Part shown: positions 50,144-64,000 of the stretch, one piece after another
Layout: each line of letters begins with the position of its first letter
Position numbering within the stretch: the stretch's first letter is position 1
Assembly (NCBI RefSeq): GCF_054482525.1
Contig: NZ_CM137006.1
DNA: 64,000 nt
Strand: one strand, 5' to 3'
Made by a program: the position numbers and the translations under genes
The notes under the pieces: generated by a model
The model's input: only the letters and a program-made list of their open reading frames with translations
The model's database searches: none
What the model was told of the DNA's origin: nothing

Positions 50144-51818
50144 CGCGCTTCCTCCCCCGCCATCCGCTTAACAATGCGCCCGCAATCATCAACAATCCTC
50201 CCCCCCAGATCCAGCGCACACCGCTTTGTACATACAAACGAAAAGCGTAACGATCCGGCCCAGTTTTCTCCCCCATGACCGCATACCAGTCATGGATGCC
50301 GTTCCAGCGAATTGACGGTTCCATCATTTGCTGACGACGTGCTTCGTAAAAACGCCGCTCCGGCGTTAATTCACCAATGCGTTGCTGATGGTCAAACAGT
50401 GCCACTATCGCTTTTTCGCTGGTGTAATTGCCTCTGGCTTGCAGATCGAGGCGCTCAAAACGGAAGGTGTATCCTGCCAGCGTCACCTGCTGACCCGGCT
50501 GTAAATTCAGGCTGATCTCCTGACGGCTGACGCTGGAGACCACGATCCCCGCGGCAAATAACAGCACGCCCGCATGCGCCAGCAGCGCCGGAAGCTGCAC
50601 GCGTTTGCCAGAGACAAACGTCGCCAGCACAATCACCACCAGCATCAACAGACCAAACGGTAACGTCGCGCGGTTAAAATACGGCGCGCCAACGGAGAGG
50701 CGTCCCCAGCCCAGCAGGCCGTAAATCATCGGATAAAGCGTTCCCACCAGCACGATCAGTAGCACTGTGCAAAACAGCAACAGCGTAGCGAGGATTAACA
50801 TTTCCCGCGATAATCCCGAAAAACGCACCGCCGGGCCACCGTCCCGCGCTCGCCAGCCATACAGAGCCAGAGACGCAAGGCTAATCAGTGCAAACAGGCC
50901 GAACAACGGCACGGCGCGGACGTTATCCAGTGCGAACGCATGAACCGAAACCAGAATGCCAGAACGGACAATTAAGGTGCCCAGCAGCGACAGCATCAAA
51001 GTAACTATCGCCAGCAACAGCGACCAGTGGCGGAAAATCCCCCGCTGGCGTGTCAGGGATAAACTGTGCAGCAGCGCAGTGGCAGAAAGCCAGGGTAATA
51101 AAGAGGCGTTTTCCACCGGATCCCAAAACCACCAGCCGCCCCAGCCCAGTTCGCAATAGGCCCACCAGGAGCCGAGGATGATCCCCGCCGTTAATGCGCT
51201 CCAGCCAGGTAGTGCCCAGCGCCAGCAAATTCGGGCGCAGGCACCATCAAACTCGCTGCGCAGTAAACTCGCCAGCGCCACGCTCGCCGCCACCATCAAA
51301 CCGCCATACCCGAGATAAAGCAGCGGTGGATGAAAGATAAGACCGGGATGTTGCAGCATCGGATTGAGATCGCGGCCTTCGATTGCTGGTGGAAATATCC
51401 GCACGAAGGGATCGGACCACAGCACCACAAACAGTAGCAGTGCGGCGAGCATGAGAGATAAAACGGCTAGCGTCAGCGGAAATAGCGGATCGGTTTGCTG
51501 CCGATAATGCCAGGCAAACAGCGCGCTCCAGGCGGAAAGCAGTAGCACCCAAAGCAGCAGCGAACCTTCATGCCCCCCCCATACCGCCGCCAGTTTGAGT
51601 TCCCACGACAGCAGGCTATAGCTATGTTGGGCGACATAAATGACCGAGAAATCGCTGATGAGAAAACAATACGTCAGTACGCCAAAGGCGAGCAGCAGGA
51701 GCGCGAACTGCGCCAGAATGCCGATGCAAGTGAGTCGCATCATGGCAGGCCAGCGCAACCGCACTCCCGCGAAGGCCGTCAACGGGGTCAACACGTTGAC
51801 CCCGAGACTTAACAACAA
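50136..51818 (-). CDS. nrfE: NrfE (CcmF-like heme lyase); exact start uncertain
   Basis: Polytopic membrane protein with WGGWWFWDPVEN tryptophan-rich motif; listed ORF is 560 aa, true start may be a few codons downstream. Confidence 0.88.
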   Translation of the reverse strand: MLLSLGVNVLTPLTAFAGVRLRWPAMMRLTCIGILAQFALLLLAFGVLTYCFLISDFSVIYVAQHSYSLLSWELKLAAVWGGHEGSLLLWVLLLSAWSALFAWHYRQQTDPLFPLTLAVLSLMLAALLLFVVLWSDPFVRIFPPAIEGRDLNPMLQHPGLIFHPPLLYLGYGGLMVAASVALASLLRSEFDGACARICWRWALPGWSALTAGIILGSWWAYCELGWGGWWFWDPVENASLLPWLSATALLHSLSLTRQRGIFRHWSLLLAIVTLMLSLLGTLIVRSGILVSVHAFALDNVRAVPLFGLFALISLASLALYGWRARDGGPAVRFSGLSREMLILATLLLFCTVLLIVLVGTLYPMIYGLLGWGRLSVGAPYFNRATLPFGLLMLVVIVLATFVSGKRVQLPALLAHAGVLLFAAGIVVSSVSRQEISLNLQPGQQVTLAGYTFRFERLDLQARGNYTSEKAIVALFDHQQRIGELTPERRFYEARRQQMMEPSIRWNGIHDWYAVMGEKTGPDRYAFRLYVQSGVRWIWGGGLLMIAGALLSGWRGRKRDE

Positions 51819-51873
51819 CGCCAGAAAACCGACTTCAGGAAGGAATACGTCCAGAAACCACCTCTGTTCTGGC

Positions 51874-52830
51874 TTACGCCACCGTTAACTGCCCGGCGTA
51901 GAGAATGAAAAATCGCAACATCAACACGCCGACCAGGCTGGCCCCACACGCCGCCAGCACGGCAGGAATGCCGGAACTGCGATTGACCCACGGTTTGAGC
52001 AACATTGGTACAATCAACCCCAGCCCGGCGACACCAAGCCAGAACCACCACGTCCAGAAACCGCCGCCCAATGCCGCCACCAGCGCACGCACTTTACCGT
52101 CATCGCCCAGCGCCAGACCGACAAAAAACGCCACCAGCAGGAAGATTTCGCCCCATACCACAGGGATCTCCATACGGTGTACAAAGTGCGCTTCCGTGGA
52201 ATGCGGATTTTTGCGCTGACATATCGCCATGGCGATCAGCGCCACCGCCGCACCGGACGAGATGCCGGAGAAGAGGAACAACACCGGCAGGATCGGGTTA
52301 TTGAGGAACGGATACGATTTCAGCGCCGATAGCAGAAAGCCGGTATAAGCCCCCAGCATTACCGCCAGCACCAGCATCAATGTTTCCAGTCCGCGATGAA
52401 CGGGCGTCAGCAGGCTCAGAACCTTTTGTACGATCCCCAGCTTCGGCAACCAGCGTTGTTGCAGGGCAAGCAAATCATGTTCAAAGATTTTCGCCAGCCA
52501 CAGCACCAGCACCACCATGTAAAACTGAAAAAGCATCACCCCCATCGACATCACCGAGGTAAAACTGTAGTGGAACATCAGCTTCCAGAAGGTCCACGGT
52601 CTTGTCAGGTGGAAGACGAGGATCAACAGACCAAGGATCACCGCACCAGGCCCGATAATCAGCGTGGTGCGCAGCAACGTGCTGTCTGCACCGCCCGCCT
52701 GCGGGTAGACGCGACGTAACAGCACGGCCAGCGTCACCAGACCAGCAGAAATACCAATCAAAAACAGGTAGATGGCAATCGGCCAGTCCCACACCAGCGA
52801 TTCAAAATGAAATGCGGAAGTCTGCGTCAT
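51874..52830 (-). CDS. nrfD: NrfD membrane quinol-dehydrogenase subunit, 318 aa
   Basis: Polytopic membrane ORF; operon position. Confidence 0.9.
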   Translation of the reverse strand: MTQTSAFHFESLVWDWPIAIYLFLIGISAGLVTLAVLLRRVYPQAGGADSTLLRTTLIIGPGAVILGLLILVFHLTRPWTFWKLMFHYSFTSVMSMGVMLFQFYMVVLVLWLAKIFEHDLLALQQRWLPKLGIVQKVLSLLTPVHRGLETLMLVLAVMLGAYTGFLLSALKSYPFLNNPILPVLFLFSGISSGAAVALIAMAICQRKNPHSTEAHFVHRMEIPVVWGEIFLLVAFFVGLALGDDGKVRALVAALGGGFWTWWFWLGVAGLGLIVPMLLKPWVNRSSGIPAVLAACGASLVGVLMLRFFILYAGQLTVA

Positions 52831-53498
52831 TGGCTCACCTCCCCGTATTTAAACGGTACGCGGTACAGCTTCGGTTTGGTTCCCAGCGCCAGCTTGTAGC
52901 GGTAAGTGGGCTTCTTGCGCAGCAGTTGCGAAATCTCACTGTTGGGATCGTCCAGATTGCCAAACGTCAGCGCCTTCGTCGGGCAAGCCTCAACGCACGC
53001 GGGCAGCTTACCGGCCTGCAAATTGGTCTTACGGCAGAAATCGCATTTGTCCGCTGTCTTCGTGACCGGATGGATAAAGCGCACGCGGTACGGACAGGCG
53101 GCGATGCAGTACTGACAACCGACGCAGAGATCCGGATTTACATCGACAATCCCACTGGCAGCATCGCGAAAAGACGCACCGGTCGGGCAGACGTCAACGC
53201 ACGGCGCATGATCGCAGTGCTGGCAAGACTTACGGAAGAAGCGATATTTCACATCAGGAAATTCGCCCTGTGGCTCGCTACGAATAATTGTCAGGCGCGA
53301 GACGCCTTCCGGCACCTTGTTCACTTCCCGACAAGCATCCATACAGGCGGTACAGCCGATACATAACGACTCGTCATGCACCATGCCGTAACGCACCCCA
53401 TTGATATTCAACGTTTTCGCCACCACGCGCCCTGCGGTGCCGCTGACGGCTGCCAGCACGCCGACGCCGGTGAGAAACTGGCGACGAGACCAGGTCAT
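52827..53498 (-). CDS. nrfC: NrfC 4Fe-4S ferredoxin-type subunit with Tat signal, 223 aa
   Basis: Twin-arginine motif SRRQFL; multiple CxxCxxCxxxCP clusters. Confidence 0.92.
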   Translation of the reverse strand: MTWSRRQFLTGVGVLAAVSGTAGRVVAKTLNINGVRYGMVHDESLCIGCTACMDACREVNKVPEGVSRLTIIRSEPQGEFPDVKYRFFRKSCQHCDHAPCVDVCPTGASFRDAASGIVDVNPDLCVGCQYCIAACPYRVRFIHPVTKTADKCDFCRKTNLQAGKLPACVEACPTKALTFGNLDDPNSEISQLLRKKPTYRYKLALGTKPKLYRVPFKYGEVSQ

Positions 53499-54061
53499 GG
53501 CTGCTCCTTAAGCAACGGAACAGACGCCGGGTTAAAGTTCGGATTGGTGCGCTGATCGCTGTGGCAATCGACGCAAATCTTAATCCGTCCTTTGTCACTT
53601 AACGTCTGCATCGTATCTTGCTGTGGATGCAGGGAATGGCAGCTGGCGCACGCCACTTTGGTTACGTGGACATCGTGTGGCCAGAACGCTTTTTGCAACT
53701 GTTCCGGCAGATGGCAGGACATACAGACGCTGTTCTGCTCTCCAACCTTGTACATAGGCTCGTTAAAGCGCATCACATCTTTCACCCCTTCGCGGTGTTG
53801 CGGTGATGGCTGGCCGTGACAGTTGGTGCAGGTGACCGGCAGTTTGTTATTCGGGTTGATAACGGAAGCATGTTTGCCATGCATACCTTCGGTATCTGGT
53901 TTATGGCAGTCCAGACAGGCGGCATCCGGGTTACGCTGCTGGGTAACTTCGTAGCGATCACCAGATGCCTGCGCCGCAGGGGTAGCGGTAATTCCGTTCA
54001 GGCTCCACAACAGGCCCGACGCCAGCACCCCGGCAGTTAATAACGAACGTAATACGCTCAT
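53495..54061 (-). CDS. nrfB: NrfB pentaheme c-type cytochrome, about 188 aa
   Basis: Five CxxCH motifs; start at MSVLRSLL. Confidence 0.9.
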   Translation of the reverse strand: MSVLRSLLTAGVLASGLLWSLNGITATPAAQASGDRYEVTQQRNPDAACLDCHKPDTEGMHGKHASVINPNNKLPVTCTNCHGQPSPQHREGVKDVMRFNEPMYKVGEQNSVCMSCHLPEQLQKAFWPHDVHVTKVACASCHSLHPQQDTMQTLSDKGRIKICVDCHSDQRTNPNFNPASVPLLKEQP

Positions 54062-54105
54062 ATTCACTCCATTGTGTTTTCCGCCCCTTGCGAGGCGGAA
54101 CGGGG

Positions 54106-55584
<1,479 letters not shown>

Positions 55585-55934
55585 TTATTGTTTTTCACGA
55601 CAGTAACCGCACCTACACTGTCATGACATTACTCGCCCCTATGTGTAACAAATAACCACACTGTGAATGTTGTCTTTAATCAATTGTAAGTGCATGCAAA
55701 ATACCACTTTAGAGTTAGTCAGTATCTTCCTCTTTTTCAACAGCATGCATAACTGCATGTTCCTCAAAGAATTAATCAACTTTTGTTGCTGACCTTCAAA
55801 AATTACCCTGCCGTTTATTTGCACAATTCTACTTTTGCGTGATCTGTCGCCCAAATACTAAACAAAACTGCCAATACCCCTACATTTAACGCTTATGCCA
55901 CATATTATTAACATCCTACAAGGAGAACAAAAGC

Positions 55935-57893
55935 ATGAGTCAAATTCACAAACACACCATTCCTGCCAACATCGCAGACCGTTGCCTGATAAACCCTCAG
56001 CAGTACGAGGCGATGTATCAACAATCTATTAACGCACCAGATACCTTCTGGGGCGAACAGGGAAAAATTCTCGACTGGATCAAACCTTACCAGAAGGTGA
56101 AAAACACCTCCTTTGCCCCCGGTAATGTGTCCATTAAATGGTACGAGGACGGCACGCTGAATCTGGCGGCAAACTGCCTTGACCGCCATCTGCAAGAAAA
56201 CGGCGATCGTACCGCCATCATCTGGGAAGGCGACGACGCCAGCCAGAGCAAACATATCAGCTATAAAGAGCTGCACCGCGACGTCTGCCGCTTCGCCAAT
56301 ACCCTGCTCGAGCTGGGCATTAAAAAAGGTGATGTGGTGGCGATTTATATGCCGATGGTGCCGGAAGCCGCGGTCGCGATGCTGGCCTGCGCCCGCATTG
56401 GCGCGGTGCATTCGGTAATTTTCGGCGGCTTCTCGCCGGAAGCCGTTGCCGGGCGCATTATCGATTCTAACTCACGGTTGGTGATCACTTCCGACGAAGG
56501 CGTGCGCGCCGGGCGTAGTATTCCGCTGAAGAAAAACGTTGATGACGCGCTGAAAAACCCGAACGTCACCAGCGTAGAGCATGTGGTGGTACTGAAGCGT
56601 ACTGGCGGAAAAATCGACTGGCAGGAAGGGCGCGACCTCTGGTGGCACGACCTGGTTGAGCAAGCCAGCGATCAGCACCAGGCGGAAGAGATGAACGCCG
56701 AAGATCCGCTGTTTATTCTCTACACCTCTGGTTCTACCGGGAAGCCGAAAGGCGTGCTGCACACTACCGGCGGTTATCTGGTGTACGCGGCGCTGACCTT
56801 TAAATATGTCTTTGATTATCATCCGGGTGATATCTACTGGTGCACCGCCGATGTGGGCTGGGTTACCGGACACAGTTATTTGCTGTACGGCCCGCTGGCC
56901 TGCGGCGCGACCACGCTGATGTTTGAAGGCGTACCGAACTGGCCGACGCCTGCCCGTATGGCGCAGGTGGTGGACAAGCATCAGGTCAATATTCTCTATA
57001 CCGCGCCCACGGCGATTCGCGCGCTGATGGCGGAAGGCGATAAAGCGATTGAAGGCACCGACCGTTCGTCACTGCGCATTCTCGGTTCCGTGGGCGAGCC
57101 AATTAACCCGGAAGCGTGGGAGTGGTACTGGAAAAAAATCGGCAATGAGAAATGCCCGGTGGTCGACACCTGGTGGCAGACCGAAACTGGCGGTTTCATG
57201 ATCACGCCGCTGCCTGGCGCTACCGAGCTAAAAGCCGGTTCGGCAACACGTCCGTTCTTCGGCGTGCAACCGGCGCTGGTCGATAACGAAGGTAACCCGC
57301 TGGAAGGCGCTACCGAAGGCAGCCTGGTGATTATTGACTCCTGGCCGGGTCAGGCGCGTACGCTGTTTGGCGATCACGAACGTTTTGAACAGACCTACTT
57401 CTCCACCTTCAAAAATATGTATTTCAGCGGCGACGGCGCGCGTCGTGATGAAGATGGCTATTACTGGATCACCGGGCGTGTGGACGACGTGCTGAACGTC
57501 TCCGGTCACCGTCTGGGAACGGCAGAGATTGAGTCGGCGCTGGTGGCCCATCCGAAGATTGCCGAAGCCGCTGTCGTCGGTATTCCGCACAATATTAAAG
57601 GTCAGGCGATCTACGCCTACGTCACGCTTAATCATGGGGAGGAACCGTCACCAGAACTGTACGCAGAAGTCCGCAACTGGGTGCGTAAAGAGATTGGCCC
57701 GCTGGCGACGCCAGACGTGCTGCACTGGACCGACTCCCTGCCTAAAACCCGCTCTGGCAAAATTATGCGCCGTATTCTGCGCAAAATTGCGGCGGGCGAT
57801 ACCAGCAACCTGGGCGATACCTCGACGCTTGCCGATCCTGGCGTAGTCGAGAAGCTGCTTGAAGAGAAGCAGGCTATCGCGATGCCATCGTAA
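55935..57893 (+). CDS. acs: Acetyl-CoA synthetase Acs, 652 aa
   Basis: AMP-binding motifs ([11 protein letters not shown]); full-length. Confidence 0.95.
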   Translation: MSQIHKHTIPANIADRCLINPQQYEAMYQQSINAPDTFWGEQGKILDWIKPYQKVKNTSFAPGNVSIKWYEDGTLNLAANCLDRHLQENGDRTAIIWEGDDASQSKHISYKELHRDVCRFANTLLELGIKKGDVVAIYMPMVPEAAVAMLACARIGAVHSVIFGGFSPEAVAGRIIDSNSRLVITSDEGVRAGRSIPLKKNVDDALKNPNVTSVEHVVVLKRTGGKIDWQEGRDLWWHDLVEQASDQHQAEEMNAEDPLFILYTSGSTGKPKGVLHTTGGYLVYAALTFKYVFDYHPGDIYWCTADVGWVTGHSYLLYGPLACGATTLMFEGVPNWPTPARMAQVVDKHQVNILYTAPTAIRALMAEGDKAIEGTDRSSLRILGSVGEPINPEAWEWYWKKIGNEKCPVVDTWWQTETGGFMITPLPGATELKAGSATRPFFGVQPALVDNEGNPLEGATEGSLVIIDSWPGQARTLFGDHERFEQTYFSTFKNMYFSGDGARRDEDGYYWITGRVDDVLNVSGHRLGTAEIESALVAHPKIAEAAVVGIPHNIKGQAIYAYVTLNHGEEPSPELYAEVRNWVRKEIGPLATPDVLHWTDSLPKTRSGKIMRRILRKIAAGDTSNLGDTSTLADPGVVEKLLEEKQAIAMPS

Positions 57894-57902
57894 CCCACAA
57901 TT

Positions 57903-57937
57903 GCCGGATGCGGCGTATAACGCCTTATCCGGTCTAC
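57903..57937. repeat. REP element (gccggatgcggcgtataacgccttatccggtctac)
   Basis: Canonical REP between acs and yjcH. Confidence 0.75.
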
Positions 57938-58119
57938 ACGCCCCTTTCTTTATAGTGGGAAAGGGCAAATATAAAAATTCCCCTAAGTATTTCGCGTTGC
58001 AGGAAGGAAGCAAGCGAGCATCTCCCCAGGAGCATAGAAAACTATGTGACTGGGGAAGGCGAGTGCGGCTGACGAACCTGCGGCGTGAAAGACGACGGGG
58101 AACCTCTGGAGAATCTGTG

Positions 58120-60080
<1,961 letters not shown>

Positions 60081-60257
60081 TCTCTCCCCTTCCCCGGTCG
60101 CCTGACCGGGGAATACTCTTCCTCTGCAAAATGCATCACCTTTTCACATAATATTAAACAAATAAACTCATTAAAAAATGAGCGATTTTTGACAGTCGTA
60201 GAAAATGATAATGCAGAGAATATGCCTTTTCTTTCTTGTTAATTATAAGGATATTTC

Positions 60258-61550
60258 ATGCGCTATAATGGTTTAAATAATATGTTTTTTCCTCTTTGCC
60301 AGATTAACGATAACCACTCTGTCACAAGTCCATCACATACAAAGAAAACAAAATCAGATAATTATAGCAAACATCATAAAAACACGTTAATTGACAATAA
60401 AGCCCTCTCTCTTTTCAAAAAAGATGATCATGAAAAAGTGATAGGCTTGATTCAGAAAATGAAAAGATTTTATGATAGTTTGCCATCAGGAAAAATCACG
60501 AAAGAAACGGACAGGAAAATACATAAACATTTTATAGATATAGCTTTATATGCAAATAATAAATGTGACGATAGAATTACGAGAAGAGTTTACCTTAGTA
60601 AAGAAAAGGAAGTGTCCATTAAGGTGGTATATTTTATAAATAATGTCACCGTCCATAATAATACTATCGAAATCCCACAGACAGTAAATGGTGGTTACGA
60701 TTTTTCACACCTTAGCCTGAAAGGTATCGTGATTAAAGATGAAGATTTATCCAATTCGAATTTTGCAGGTTGCAGACTACAAAACGCTATTTTCCAGGAC
60801 TGTAATATGTATAAAACGAATTTTTATTGCGCCATAATGGAAAAAATACTTTTTGATAATTGTATTCTCGATGACTCAAATTTCGCTCAGATAAAAATGG
60901 CTGACGGAACTCTAAATGCTTGCTCCGCTATGCATGTTCAATTCTTCAATGCAGCAATGAATAGAGCCAATATTAAAAATACCTTCCTTGATTATTCAAA
61001 TTTTTATATGGCGTACATGGCTGAGGCAAATCTTTATAAAGTAATAGCGCCATATGTTAATTTATTTAAAGCCGACCTTAGTTTCTCTAAACTCGATTTA
61101 ATTAACTTTGACCATGCTGATCTGTCTCGCGTCAATCTGAACAAAGCAATCCTCCAGAATATAAACTTAATTGATAGCAAACTCTTTTTTACGCGGCTGA
61201 CAAATACATTCCTCGAAATGGTTATATGTACCGGCTCTAATATGGCTAATGTTAATTTTAATAATGCCAATTTAAGCAACTGCCATTTCAACTGTTCTGT
61301 TTTAACAAAAGCCTGGATGTTTGATACCCGTCTCTATCGGGTTAATTTCGATGAGGCTAACGTGCAGGGAATGGGCATTTCCATTCTCCGTGAGGAGGAA
61401 AATATCCCCATTAATAGTGATACCCTGATAACACTACAGAAATTCTTTGAAGAAGATTGTACCTCTCATACTGACATATCACAAACTGAGGATAATATTC
61501 ATGCAGTCGCTATGAAGATTACTGCAGATATTATGCGAGATGCAGATTGA
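60258..61550 (+). CDS. yjcF: Pentapeptide-repeat protein YjcF, 430 aa, function unknown, AT-rich
   Basis: Repeated A(N/D)L(S/T)xAx-type pentapeptide tracts in C-terminal half; strongly AT-rich codon usage. Confidence 0.8.
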   Translation: MRYNGLNNMFFPLCQINDNHSVTSPSHTKKTKSDNYSKHHKNTLIDNKALSLFKKDDHEKVIGLIQKMKRFYDSLPSGKITKETDRKIHKHFIDIALYANNKCDDRITRRVYLSKEKEVSIKVVYFINNVTVHNNTIEIPQTVNGGYDFSHLSLKGIVIKDEDLSNSNFAGCRLQNAIFQDCNMYKTNFYCAIMEKILFDNCILDDSNFAQIKMADGTLNACSAMHVQFFNAAMNRANIKNTFLDYSNFYMAYMAEANLYKVIAPYVNLFKADLSFSKLDLINFDHADLSRVNLNKAILQNINLIDSKLFFTRLTNTFLEMVICTGSNMANVNFNNANLSNCHFNCSVLTKAWMFDTRLYRVNFDEANVQGMGISILREEENIPINSDTLITLQKFFEEDCTSHTDISQTEDNIHAVAMKITADIMRDAD

Positions 61551-61644
61551 GGTTAAGCCGAAGAACAGCCAATGAATTGACTTTAAAAGAGAGATAACTT
61601 ATTTGTTTTAGAATCATGTATGTTAGCCCGAGCTAACCTGTTAA

Positions 61645-61669
61645 AGGTGCAAAAGATTGCACCTTTTTC
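61645..61669 (+). terminator. Terminator hairpin aggtgcaaaagattgcacct + T5 after yjcF
   Basis: Inverted repeat and T-run read from sequence. Confidence 0.55.
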
Positions 61670-61703
61670 AAATTACCTCGGGCCTGGTTACGTCGCTTTC
61701 GGC

Positions 61704-63353
61704 TTACTGATTTTCCTCAATCAACAACGCTTCAAGCAAATCGAGATCGTGCAGTAATTTTTGCAGCGTTTCGTTGCTGATCTCCCGCGTGGCGCGCAGG
61801 TGGTACAGTTCAGCACGTTCAGAACGCAATGCCGCCAGACGGAAGCGACGCTCAAGGTTCTCTTCCTGCACGGAACTTTCAACGTCGTTACGTCCATCGG
61901 CGCGACGACGCAGGTTACCAATGACGCGAGAACTGACCTCCGTAAGCAACTGGTTATCGATATTCTCTTCGGTATCCGCCGCCAGACGCTCCTCCATTTT
62001 CTGGATCGCCACAATCGCCACTTCTGCCGTTGCCGCTCGCGCAATACGTTCCTCTTTCAATTGTTGCGAATGGTCCGCGACTTCAATGTGTTGTAGCAGA
62101 ATAGGCAACATCACCACGCCGACAAACAGCGAGAAGAGAATGACACCAGCCGCCAGGAATACCAGCTCGTAGCGCGCCGGGAAGACGTTACCATCCGGCA
62201 AGAGCAGCGGGATTGAGAGCACACCGGCCAGAGTGATCGCCCCACGCACCCCAGCGAAAGACGCGATCAGGATTTCTCGTGTGGTCCACGAACCAAACTC
62301 CATCGGCTTCTTCTTCAGGAAGCGGTTGCTGAACTTTTTCATCGTCCACAGCCAGCCGAAACGGACCAGCATCAGCGCCGCATAAATCAGAATGATATCG
62401 GTAAACAGCATCCAGATTTCGACGTTAGGGTCGATTTCTGCCGCCATCAGCGACGTCTCCAGAATACCCGGCAGCTGCAGACCTAACAGCAGGAACACCA
62501 TGCCGTTAAAGACAAATTCCAGCATCGCCCAGGTGCTGTTTGCGCGCAGGCGCATTGCCAGCGGCGCACGGCGCATCACACCGGAGCGGGTGATGGTCAT
62601 CCCGGCGGCAACCGCAGCGAGGATGCCGGAAACGCCAATATGTTCGGCAATCAGATAAGAAGCGAATGGCAGCAAGAACAGTAGAACAATCTGCGTCGCA
62701 GGTTCATCACCGCCCCAGCGGCTGAGGAATCGCAGCGAGCGACCATACAGCCAGCTCACTACAAAACCGGCGAGAATACCGCCAATGGCCACTTTCATAA
62801 ATTCGACCGTCGCACCGCCGACGGTGAAGATCATCGTCCCCATCGCCACTGCTACAGCAAACTTCAACGACACCAGGCCGGAGGCGTCATTCATCAACGC
62901 TTCGCCCTGCAAAATGCCCATGATTTTTTTCGGGATGCGCCCTTCGCCAACAATCCCCGAGAGCGCCACAGCATCGGTCGGAGAAAGCACCGCCGCCAGC
63001 GCAAAGGCGGGGATCAGCGGAATGCCCGGCACCACCCAGTAAATAAGAAAGCCAATGCCGACCACGGTGACCACCACCAGCGCCAGCGCGAGGCCGAAAA
63101 TCTCTCGACCATGTTCGAGAAATTCACGGGTCGGCGTTTTCCAGCCATCAGCGAACAGCAACGGCGGGATAAACAAGACTAAAAAGAGTTCAGGATCAAA
63201 CTCCACATGCAAACCAAACGTCGGCCACGCCAATAGCGCACCGATGGCGATTTGCATAAGCGGAAGCGGGATCTGAAAGGGCATGACACGAGTGACCACC
63301 CCGGACAGCGAGACCACGAGGGTCATTATCAGTATGGTGAAGAAGATTTCCAT
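61704..63353 (-). CDS. yjcE: Putative Na+/H+ exchanger YjcE (CPA1 family), 549 aa
   Basis: Polytopic membrane domain plus C-terminal cytoplasmic tail. Confidence 0.85.
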   Translation of the reverse strand: MEIFFTILIMTLVVSLSGVVTRVMPFQIPLPLMQIAIGALLAWPTFGLHVEFDPELFLVLFIPPLLFADGWKTPTREFLEHGREIFGLALALVVVTVVGIGFLIYWVVPGIPLIPAFALAAVLSPTDAVALSGIVGEGRIPKKIMGILQGEALMNDASGLVSLKFAVAVAMGTMIFTVGGATVEFMKVAIGGILAGFVVSWLYGRSLRFLSRWGGDEPATQIVLLFLLPFASYLIAEHIGVSGILAAVAAGMTITRSGVMRRAPLAMRLRANSTWAMLEFVFNGMVFLLLGLQLPGILETSLMAAEIDPNVEIWMLFTDIILIYAALMLVRFGWLWTMKKFSNRFLKKKPMEFGSWTTREILIASFAGVRGAITLAGVLSIPLLLPDGNVFPARYELVFLAAGVILFSLFVGVVMLPILLQHIEVADHSQQLKEERIARAATAEVAIVAIQKMEERLAADTEENIDNQLLTEVSSRVIGNLRRRADGRNDVESSVQEENLERRFRLAALRSERAELYHLRATREISNETLQKLLHDLDLLEALLIEENQ

Positions 63354-63503
63354 GCGTTCCCTGTTTGCGATGTTTTTTATGATCTGAGAAAGACGTTATG
63401 CCTGAATTCTCATTTTTTCAGAATATCGCAAAAGATCACACAATGTACGGAGAAAATAAAAACGGGTAGCCATTGCCACCCGTTTTCAGAATCATATGAA
63501 AGA

Positions 63504-64000
63504 TTAGATAGCCCAGCCACCCGCATAGAAGGTCACCAGCGCCACAGCGATAACGACCGTACCGATGTTCAACTTGCGCCATTCGCCGGAAACCAGACGA
63601 CCAATCACCAGAGTCGCGAAGCCGATCATAATGCCTGTTACGATGTTACAGGTCAGCACGATGAATACCGCCGTAACCAGCCCCGCCATCGCATCAACAA
63701 AATCAGCAAAGTCGATTTTCGCCACGTTACTCAGCATCAGCAGGCCAACGTACATCAGCGCCGGAGCCGTTGCATACCCCGGAACGAGGTAAGAGAGCGG
63801 AGAGAGGAACAGAATCAGCAGGAACAGCACGCCAACGGTGATAGCCGTCAAACCGGTTTTACCGCCCGCCGCCGTACCCGCCGCAGACTCAATGTATACC
63901 GCTGCCGGAGCTGCCCCCACCAGGCCAGAGAAAACGCTGCTCATGGAGTCAGTGGTCAGTGCTTTCCCGCCGTCGATGATCTGTCCATCTTTATCCAGCA
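63504..64000 (-). CDS. ghxP: Nucleobase (guanine/hypoxanthine) permease GhxP/YjcD, 3-prime portion; gene continues beyond window end
   Basis: C-terminal hydrophobic segments; frame open to window end. Confidence 0.75.

Overview
This 64 kb window is Escherichia coli chromosome from the mel-adi-phn-nrf-acs neighbourhood, read in the opposite orientation to the K-12 reference. Gene order is dcuB(partial)-fumB-yjdF-melB-melA-melR-adiA-adiY-adiC-eptA-basR-basS-pmrR-proP-yjcZ-crfC-phnA-phnB-phnCDEFGHIJKLMNOP-yjdP-(rpiB remnant)-IS1-yjcS-ytcA-mdtNOP-fdhF-yjcO-gltP-nrfGFEDCBA-acs-yjcH-actP-yjcF-yjcE-ghxP(partial). All gene names come from my recognition of the translated ORFs and remembered synteny; no database search was run. 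No tRNA, rRNA or CRISPR array was found, and I see no convincing novel multi-gene system. The interesting content is structural variation relative to K-12 as I remember it: (1) a complete 1426 bp IS4 with a 13 bp target duplication inside melR; (2) a complete 768 bp IS1 with a 9 bp target duplication between a degenerate rpiB remnant and yjcS, at a locus where the rpiR-alsBACEK block is absent; (3) an in-frame 33 bp tandem duplication in mdtP; (4) an uninterrupted phnE; (5) two permuted, inverted copies of a GC-rich palindromic repeat flanking phnE..phnP. Also present are REP clusters, the fdhF selenocysteine UGA with its SECIS hairpin, and the AT-rich pentapeptide-repeat gene yjcF.
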